From Tannockella kyphosi (lineage in GTDB: Bacteria; Bacillota_I; Bacilli_A; Erysipelotrichales; Coprobacillaceae), in NCBI RefSeq assembly GCF_021054785.1, contig NZ_CP088239.1, forward strand, positions 1,140,001 through 1,172,000: a DNA stretch of 32,000 nucleotides, written 5' to 3'. This document shows positions 25,264 to 32,000 of the stretch, piece by piece. Numbering within the stretch: position 1 is the first letter of the stretch; the number at the start of each line of letters is the position of its first letter. The notes under the pieces were generated by a model, which searched no databases, had not been told where the DNA came from, and worked only from the letters and a program-made list of their open reading frames with translations. A program made the position numbers and the translations under genes.

Positions 25264-25850
25264 AAAATAGTTACCCTTTCTTGATGCACTTTTAATTTAT
25301 CTTCACAAAATAACTTAATTGCTTTTGGCAAAATACGATGTTCTATTTCTAATACTCTTTCTTGAATATCACTAGCATATTTTAAATCACCTATTTGACA
25401 TACTTCTTGGATAATAATTGGTCCCCCATCCACTACTTCACTAACAAAATGAACAGTAGCTCCAGTTACCTTCACACCTCTTTGTAAAGCCATTTCATGA
25501 ACATGGATTCCATAAGCCCCATGTCCACAAAAACTAGGTATTAAAGAAGGATGAATATTAATAATACGATTAGGAAAAGCACTAATAAACTCATCACTTA
25601 AAATAGCTAAATAACCAGCCAAAACCACTAAATCAATTTCTCTTTCTTGCAATAATGCAATTAATGCTTGATCATCTTTACTAATATGTACTGCTTCAAT
25701 ATTGGCATCCATCGCTCTTTGTAAGCCATATGCATTTTTACGGTTAGAAACAACTAACGTCACTTCTCCATTCATAGTATCCATATTATCAATGATAGAT
25801 TGTAAATTACTTCCACCACCTGATACTAAAACCGCAATTTTTTTTACCAT
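25260..25850 (-). CDS. purN: Phosphoribosylglycinamide formyltransferase
   Basis: 196 aa. It has [13 protein letters not shown], the NIHPSLIP motif and GATVHFV. It overlaps purH by 4 nt and purM by 7 nt. Confidence 0.93.
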   Translation of the reverse strand: MVKKIAVLVSGGGSNLQSIIDNMDTMNGEVTLVVSNRKNAYGLQRAMDANIEAVHISKDDQALIALLQEREIDLVVLAGYLAILSDEFISAFPNRIINIHPSLIPSFCGHGAYGIHVHEMALQRGVKVTGATVHFVSEVVDGGPIIIQEVCQIGDLKYASDIQERVLEIEHRILPKAIKLFCEDKLKVHQERVTIL

Positions 25851-26875
25851 TTTAATACAACCTCACCACTATCACTAACATTACCAATAACATAAGCTGC
25901 TTCATCAATATCTTTTAATAAAGATAGTACGGTATCAACATCTTCAGGTTCCACGGCTAACACAAATCCCATCCCCATATTAAATACGTTATACATTTCT
26001 TTTGCTTCAATATTTCCTTTTTCTTGAATTAAATCAAAAATAGCAGGTCTTGGGAAACTAGTTACATCAATTTCTACTCCTAAACCTTCTTTTAACATTC
26101 TTGGAAGATTTTCATAGAAACCACCACCTGTAATATGAGACATTCCTTTAATAGCAACATTATTAGTAAGTAAATGTTTAATCGCTTTTACATATATTTT
26201 TGTAGGAGTTAATAGTTCTTCTCCTAATGTTTTATTAAATTGAGGATAAAATTCTTTTGTATCCAATTTAGCATCTTTTAATAATACTTTACGAATTAAA
26301 GAAAATCCATTAGAATGACATCCACTAGAAGGTAACCCTACTAACACTTGTCCACTAGCAATAGCTTGTCCATCTAATAATTTACTTTTTTCAACAGCAC
26401 CAACACAGAATCCAGCAATATCATAATGATTTTCACTATACATATCTGGCATTTCTGCAGTTTCACCACCAATTAAAGCACATTCACTTTGAACACATCC
26501 ATCAGCAACACCTTTTACTAATTGTTCGATCTTTTCTGGATGATTTTTACCTACTGCTAAATAATCTAAGAAATAAATTGGCATTGCTCCTTGTACTAAA
26601 ACATCATTCACACACATAGCAACTGCATCAATACCAATTGTATCATGTTTATCTACATCAAATGCCAGCATTAATTTAGTACCAACACCATCTGTTCCTG
26701 AAACCAATACTGGTTCTTTTAAACCTAATACACTTAAATCAAACATTCCTCCAAAAGCACCAATTGAATCTACTGCTCCTTTGATCTTTGTTCTTGCAAC
26801 ATGTGATTTAATTAATCTTACTGATTCATATCCTGCTTCTAAATCTACACCGGCTTCTCTATATTTATCACTCAT
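25844..26875 (-). CDS. purM: Phosphoribosylformylglycinamidine cyclo-ligase (AIR synthetase)
   Basis: 343 aa. It has [20 protein letters not shown], and [12 protein letters not shown] motifs. Confidence 0.95.
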   Translation of the reverse strand: MSDKYREAGVDLEAGYESVRLIKSHVARTKIKGAVDSIGAFGGMFDLSVLGLKEPVLVSGTDGVGTKLMLAFDVDKHDTIGIDAVAMCVNDVLVQGAMPIYFLDYLAVGKNHPEKIEQLVKGVADGCVQSECALIGGETAEMPDMYSENHYDIAGFCVGAVEKSKLLDGQAIASGQVLVGLPSSGCHSNGFSLIRKVLLKDAKLDTKEFYPQFNKTLGEELLTPTKIYVKAIKHLLTNNVAIKGMSHITGGGFYENLPRMLKEGLGVEIDVTSFPRPAIFDLIQEKGNIEAKEMYNVFNMGMGFVLAVEPEDVDTVLSLLKDIDEAAYVIGNVSDSGEVVLKW

Positions 26876-26885
26876 TATTTTTCTC

Positions 26886-27587
26886 CTATTTTTGCATTCT
26901 AGCTAATACTGCTTTATAAGTTTCAATTAAATCTCCAATATCTTGTCTAAATACATCTTTGTCATATTTTTGGTTTGTTTCTACATCCCATAAACGACAT
27001 GAATCTGGTGAAATTTCATCAGCTAATAGAATTTCTCCATCTTCTGTTTTTCCAAATTCAATTTTAAAATCTACTAATTTTAAATTTAATTCTAAGAAGA
27101 ATGCTTTTAATAATTCATTGATTTTTAATGTTTCTTGACGAATAAATGCGATTTCTTCACGACTAGCAAGACCCATTGCAATAGCATGATCATCATTGAT
27201 TAATGGATCACCATAATCATCATTTTTATAACTCATTTCAAAAATTGGTTGTTCTAATACAACCCCTTCAGGAGCACCTAATCTTTTACAAAAAGAACCT
27301 GTAGTAATGTTACGAATAATTACTTCTAATGCAAAGATTTCTACTTTTTTAACTAAAACATCTCTTTCATTTATTTTTTCAATTAAATGTGTTTTGACAC
27401 CAGCTTCTTCTAACATATCAAAGATAATACAAGAAATAGTATTATTTAAAACACCTTTTCCTTGAAATTGATCATGTTTTACACCATTTCCAGCAGTAGC
27501 ATCATCTTTATTATGAATAATATATTCATCTGCTTTATCTGTTGCATAAACTTGTTTTGCTTTTCCTTCGTATAATAATTCTGCCAT
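26886..27587 (-). CDS. purC: Phosphoribosylaminoimidazole-succinocarboxamide synthase
   Basis: 233 aa. It has LYEGKAKxVY at the N-terminus and [14 protein letters not shown]. Confidence 0.95.
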   Translation of the reverse strand: MAELLYEGKAKQVYATDKADEYIIHNKDDATAGNGVKHDQFQGKGVLNNTISCIIFDMLEEAGVKTHLIEKINERDVLVKKVEIFALEVIIRNITTGSFCKRLGAPEGVVLEQPIFEMSYKNDDYGDPLINDDHAIAMGLASREEIAFIRQETLKINELLKAFFLELNLKLVDFKIEFGKTEDGEILLADEISPDSCRLWDVETNQKYDKDVFRQDIGDLIETYKAVLARMQK

Positions 27588-27603
27588 TTTTCCGTCCTCT
27601 TTC

Positions 27604-28092
27604 TTATTTATATTCTTCCATTAATTTTTCATTTGCTGCTAAACAACTATTTGTCATCGCTGTTTTATAATCTATTAGGGCTGCTTTTAAATTATCATGT
27701 TTTATTGCCATCATTTGCATTGCTAAAATTCCAGCATTCATACTTCCATCAATAGCTACTGTAGCAACAGGGATTCCTGCCGGCATTTGTACGATTGATA
27801 ATAATGCATCCATTCCATCTAACGCTGATCCTTTAATAGGAACACCAATTACTGGAGAGGTAGTCATAGCTGCAATGACACCTGGTAAATGTGCTGCTTT
27901 TCCGGCTGCTGCAATAATTACTTCTGTACCATTTGTTTTTGTATCTTCAATAAAACTAGCTAATGCATCATGAGCACGGTGTGCTGATAATGCTCTCACA
28001 TCTACTTGAATATCATATTTCTTTAAAAAGTCAATCATATCTACTAATTTTACTAAATCACTTGTTGATCCCATTACTACTGCTACTCTCAT
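27604..28092 (-). CDS. purE: 5-(carboxyamino)imidazole ribonucleotide mutase (PurE)
   Basis: 162 aa. It has VVMGSTSD, SAHR, AAGKAAHLPGVIAA and PVIGVP motifs. Confidence 0.93.
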   Translation of the reverse strand: MRVAVVMGSTSDLVKLVDMIDFLKKYDIQVDVRALSAHRAHDALASFIEDTKTNGTEVIIAAAGKAAHLPGVIAAMTTSPVIGVPIKGSALDGMDALLSIVQMPAGIPVATVAIDGSMNAGILAMQMMAIKHDNLKAALIDYKTAMTNSCLAANEKLMEEYK

Positions 28093-28111
28093 TTATTTAT
28101 CCGTCCTTTTC

Positions 28112-29782
28112 TTAAAATAATCCTGTAATTTTTCCATTTTTATCAATATCCATATGATTTGCTGCTGGTACTTTTGGTAATCCTGGCATACGCATAATGC
28201 TTCCAGAAATAGCTACTAAGAATCCCGCTCCAGCACTTGGTAATAAATCATTAATATGGATTGTAAAGTCTGTTGGTCGACCTAATAATGTAGGTTGATC
28301 TGACAAGGAATATTGTGTTTTAGCAACACAGATAGGTAATTCTCCTAATCCTTGTTCACTATATTGTTTCATCTTATTGATTACTTTTCTTTCAAAAGTA
28401 ACACCACTAGCACCATAAATTTCTTTTGCTATTGTTTCTATCTTTGATTGAATAGAAGTATTTAATTCATATAATGGTTTGAAGTTAGGTTCTTTTGTTT
28501 CTAAAATAGCTAATAATTTTTCAGCTAAATCAATTCCCCCATCAGCTCCTTGTGCCCAAACATTTGAAATTGCTACTTCCACATTTAGTTTCTTACAAAT
28601 ATCAAATAATAATTGTAATTCTGCTTGACTATCAGTAGGAAAAGCATTGATAGCTACAATACTTGGTAAACCAAATTTTGTAATATTTTCAATATGTTTT
28701 TCTAAATTTTCTATTCCTTTTTCCAAAGCTTCTAGGTTTTCTACTGCTAAATCAGCTTTCGCAACCCCACCATGCATTTTTAAAGCACGAACAGTTGCAA
28801 CAACAACTACTGCATCTGGATTTAAACCAGCTTGACGACATTTAATATCTAAGAACTTTTCTGCTCCTAAATCTGCTCCAAACCCGGCTTCTGTAATTGC
28901 ATAATCACCTAATTTTAAAGCTAGTTTTGTAGCCATTACTGAGTTACATCCATGGGCAATATTTGCGAATGGTCCCCCATGCACAAATACGGGAGCATTA
29001 TCTAAGGTTTGAACAATATTAGGTTTAATCGCATCCTTTAATAACATCGTTACTGCACCTGTTGCATGAATATCTTCTACAGTTACTGGCTGTCCACTTG
29101 TATTATAAGCAACAATCATTCTTGCTGCTCTTTCTTTTAAATCTTCCATATCACTAGCAAGACATAAAATAGCCATTACTTCACTTGCTACTGTAATATC
29201 AAATCCATCTTCTCTAGGAACACCATTTAATCTTCCTCCTAGTCCAATTGTAATTTGACGTAAAGCACGGTCATTTAAGTCTACTACACGTTTCCATGTA
29301 ATGTTACGAACATCAATTTGTAATAGATTTCCTTGTTGAATAGAGTTATCTAACATGGCAGCAATTAAATTATTAGCTGCACTAATTGCATGGATATCTC
29401 CTGTAAAGTGTAAATTTATATCTTCCATCGGTACAACTTGAGCATATCCACCACCGGCAGCACCACCCTTTATTCCAAAACATGGTCCTAGTGATGGTTC
29501 ACGCATTGCTGCAATGGAGTTTTTACCCATCTTACATAATGCTTGGTGTAAACCAATCATGGTTGTTGTTTTCCCTTCACCTGCTGGAGTTGGGTTAATA
29601 GCTGTTACTAAAATAAGCTTTCCATCTGGATTACCCTCTACTCTTTGTAACGTGTCTAATGAAATCTTTGCTTTATATTTACCATATAACTCAAGATCAT
29701 CAAATTCTAAACCGATTCTTTTTGCAACATCACTAATTGGTTGCATTGCTGCACTTTGTGCAATTTCTACATCTGTTAACAT
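28112..29782 (-). CDS. fhs: Formate--tetrahydrofolate ligase
   Basis: 556 aa. It has DVEIAQ at the N-terminus and [10 protein letters not shown], plus the FTGDIHA and [10 protein letters not shown] motifs. Confidence 0.97.
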   Translation of the reverse strand: MLTDVEIAQSAAMQPISDVAKRIGLEFDDLELYGKYKAKISLDTLQRVEGNPDGKLILVTAINPTPAGEGKTTTMIGLHQALCKMGKNSIAAMREPSLGPCFGIKGGAAGGGYAQVVPMEDINLHFTGDIHAISAANNLIAAMLDNSIQQGNLLQIDVRNITWKRVVDLNDRALRQITIGLGGRLNGVPREDGFDITVASEVMAILCLASDMEDLKERAARMIVAYNTSGQPVTVEDIHATGAVTMLLKDAIKPNIVQTLDNAPVFVHGGPFANIAHGCNSVMATKLALKLGDYAITEAGFGADLGAEKFLDIKCRQAGLNPDAVVVVATVRALKMHGGVAKADLAVENLEALEKGIENLEKHIENITKFGLPSIVAINAFPTDSQAELQLLFDICKKLNVEVAISNVWAQGADGGIDLAEKLLAILETKEPNFKPLYELNTSIQSKIETIAKEIYGASGVTFERKVINKMKQYSEQGLGELPICVAKTQYSLSDQPTLLGRPTDFTIHINDLLPSAGAGFLVAISGSIMRMPGLPKVPAANHMDIDKNGKITGLF

Positions 29783-29880
29783 AAATTCATCCTTTCTCTT
29801 ATTCTTTTTAACTAAGAAAATACACTATATTTATACCATATATAATCGATATTTTCATTAGATTAAAAAGTAATCTTATC

Positions 29881-29986
29881 AAAAAAACAAAAAAGAGCCT
29901 GATCATCCGGACTCTTGCCCAGACGGTCGGCTCACTATGATTATACTCCCTGTGGTCAATTCCACTTCCGTCAGTTGTATAACTAC
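29881..29986 (-). promoter_or_regulatory. ZTP (pfl-motif) riboswitch with expression-platform terminator, leader of the fhs-pur operon
   Basis: - P1: UUAUAC pairs with GUAUAA.
- J1/2: ACUGACGGAA.
- P2: GUGG-AAUUGA-CCAC, followed by GGGAG.
- 3' subdomain: after a linker comes GCCGACCGUCUGGGCA.
- Pseudoknot: GACGG pairs with CCGUC. The G-to-A change relative to the consensus GGCGG:CCGCC is compensated.
- Terminator: AAGAGUC...GGCUCUU plus UUUUUGUUUUUUU follows, and its 5' arm abuts the pseudoknot strand. Confidence 0.8.
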
Positions 29987-29990
29987 AAAG

Positions 29991-30019
29991 ATAATACCAT
30001 TTCCCCTATATTTTGACAA
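29991..30019 (-). promoter_or_regulatory. Sigma-A type promoter of the ZTP-fhs-pur transcript
   Basis: On the minus strand there is TTGTCA (rc of 30014-30019), a 17-nt spacer, and TATTAT (rc of 29991-29996). It lies about 5-10 nt upstream of riboswitch P1. Confidence 0.55.
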
Positions 30020-30183
30020 CCTTTTTTCATCAAGTACTGTCTGTTTTTTAGATGAAAGCGGATACCCAATTCAATAGCATAAAAAGAACATATTTTAAAA
30101 CAAATCAATTTTTCAACATTCAAAAAGAAAAGATTAGCCTTTCCTAATTAGCTATGTTATTATTTAAAAACGGAGGAATAACT

Positions 30184-30732
30184 ATGAAAAAAACAATCGT
30201 TATTTATCAATCAAAATATGGTTATACAAAAAAATATGCTTATATGTTAGGCGAACTACTAGACTGTCCTGTATATAACCGAAAAAGAATTCAAAGTGAT
30301 GAATTATTAGAATATGATTGTATCATTTATGGTGGTCCTATTTATGTAGGTGGTGTTAGTGGAATTGATGTCATTGATCGATACCCTGATATTTTCAAAA
30401 AGAAACAAACCATTGTTTTTACTTGTGGACTTACAGACCCTAGCTTACCCGAAACAGTTGCCCATCGCAACGATCACATGAAACAACAGTTAACTAAAGA
30501 ATCTTATCAAGCTATTAAAATATTTCATCTTCATGGCGGTATTAACCACAAAAAATTACCATTAGCACATCGTCTCGTATTATTATTAATTCATCATTTA
30601 CACATTAAAGATGATATTTCATCTTTAGATATTGGTGAAAAAGAAATTATGAACGCTTATGGTAAAATAGTTGATTTTACATCCAAAGAAGCATTATATC
30701 CAATTGTAGAGTATATAAAAAAGGACGTTTAA
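30184..30732 (+). CDS. Flavodoxin-domain protein (HemG/flavodoxin_5-like)
   Basis: The start is set at MKKTIVIYQSKYGYTKKYA because a GGAGG RBS lies 7 nt upstream. The ORF-track start at 30154 would contain that RBS. The IVIYxSxxGxT phosphate-binding loop is typical of flavodoxin-like folds. This is the only plus-strand gene in the window. Confidence 0.75.
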   Translation: MKKTIVIYQSKYGYTKKYAYMLGELLDCPVYNRKRIQSDELLEYDCIIYGGPIYVGGVSGIDVIDRYPDIFKKKQTIVFTCGLTDPSLPETVAHRNDHMKQQLTKESYQAIKIFHLHGGINHKKLPLAHRLVLLLIHHLHIKDDISSLDIGEKEIMNAYGKIVDFTSKEALYPIVEYIKKDV

Positions 30733-30742
30733 ACGTCCTTTT
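30719..30742. terminator. Perfect 24-bp palindrome spanning the overlapping stop codons of two convergent genes; candidate bidirectional terminator
   Basis: The sequence is AAAAGGACGTTTAAACGTCCTTTT. The stem is AAGGACG/CGTCCTT with loop TTTAAA. A T-run follows on both strands (TTTTGC on plus, TTTTTTATATAC on minus). Confidence 0.5.
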
Positions 30743-31103
30743 GCATTGCTTTTAAAAACTCTTTAATACCCATTAATGTTTCATCACTAACAATATGTTC
30801 CATCTTACAAGCATCTTCTTCAGCAATCTCAGCTGTTACTTTCGCTGTAGCAATCAAGAACTGAGTTAATATATAATGCTTTTCCAAAATATTATTAGCC
30901 TTATTATAACCTTTTTCACTTAGTGAAATATGACCACTTTCATCTATTAAAATATATCCTTCTTTTTTTAAAATACCTACTCCACGACTTACACTTGGTT
31001 TACTGAATTCTAAATGACGTGCTATATCAATAGAGCGAACATATTCGTTCTTTTTTTGCAATAATAATATTGTTTCTAAATACATTTCCCCTGATTCGTA
31101 CAT
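30729..31103 (-). CDS. DtxR/MntR family metal-dependent transcriptional repressor (short form, no SH3-like domain)
   Basis: 124 aa. It has a winged-helix N-terminus (VRSIDIARHLEFSKPSVSRGVGILKKEGYI), a dimerisation helix with HYILTQFL, and the metal-site motif EEDACKMEHIVS. Confidence 0.85.
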   Translation of the reverse strand: MYESGEMYLETILLLQKKNEYVRSIDIARHLEFSKPSVSRGVGILKKEGYILIDESGHISLSEKGYNKANNILEKHYILTQFLIATAKVTAEIAEEDACKMEHIVSDETLMGIKEFLKAMQKDV

Positions 31104-31172
31104 AAGCCACCTCCACTTCTTATATAATAACTTATTTTTTTATTTTTTTCCATGAATATGATGAAAATAAAT

Positions 31173-31200
31173 AAAAAAAAGATAGCAAGCTATCCTTTTT
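31173..31200 (-). terminator. Rho-independent terminator after eno
   Basis: On the minus strand the sequence reads AAGGATAG-CTTG-CTATCTTT followed by TTTTTATTT. Confidence 0.6.
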
Positions 31201-31205
31201 AAAAA

Positions 31206-32000
<795 letters not shown>

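Noticed and set aside
29783-30153. A purine (guanine/adenine) riboswitch or PurR PurBox upstream of the pur operon, and a second promoter between the ZTP terminator and fhs.
   Set aside because: The leader folds and reads as a ZTP aptamer, not the three-way-junction purine aptamer. I found no convincing PurBox. The AT-rich 29783-29880 stretch has only weak -10-like hexamers that I cannot support.

Overview
AT-rich, low-GC Bacillota-type chromosomal segment (I cannot assign a genus). About 30 genes are tightly packed, and all but one lie on the minus strand. No rRNA, tRNA, CRISPR, transposase or integrase is visible.

Reading the minus strand from high to low coordinates:
- eno (partial), then a small DtxR/MntR-type repressor that converges on a plus-strand flavodoxin-like gene.
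- A promoter and a ZTP (pfl-motif) riboswitch driving a compact fhs-purE-purC-purM-purN-purH-purD-purL-purB operon.
- A single terminator-flanked gene for a secreted, C-terminally anchored protein. Its predicted mature N-terminus is an almost canonical eukaryotic ubiquitin.
- A UPF0597/YhaM-type cysteine desulfidase homologue, a ROK glucokinase, mnmA, recD2 and an unannotated 35-codon Cys-rich ORF.
- An Ala T-box leader with alaS-ireB-ruvX-DUF1292, a lactonase gene, mltG-trmR-(U32 pair)-udk, and the first codons of greA.

Most of this is the conserved Bacillus-like alaS..udk housekeeping synteny plus purine biosynthesis. The outstanding item is the ubiquitin-domain surface protein at 16056-17288. 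By hand alignment it matches ubiquitin at 50 of the first 68 residues, keeps all seven lysines and has no Gly-Gly tail. The second most unusual item is the DUF1292 protein, which carries an 84-residue tandem-repeat His/Cys tail (HECCGGHGHH units) encoded by 36-42 bp repeats that include an exact 78-bp duplication.
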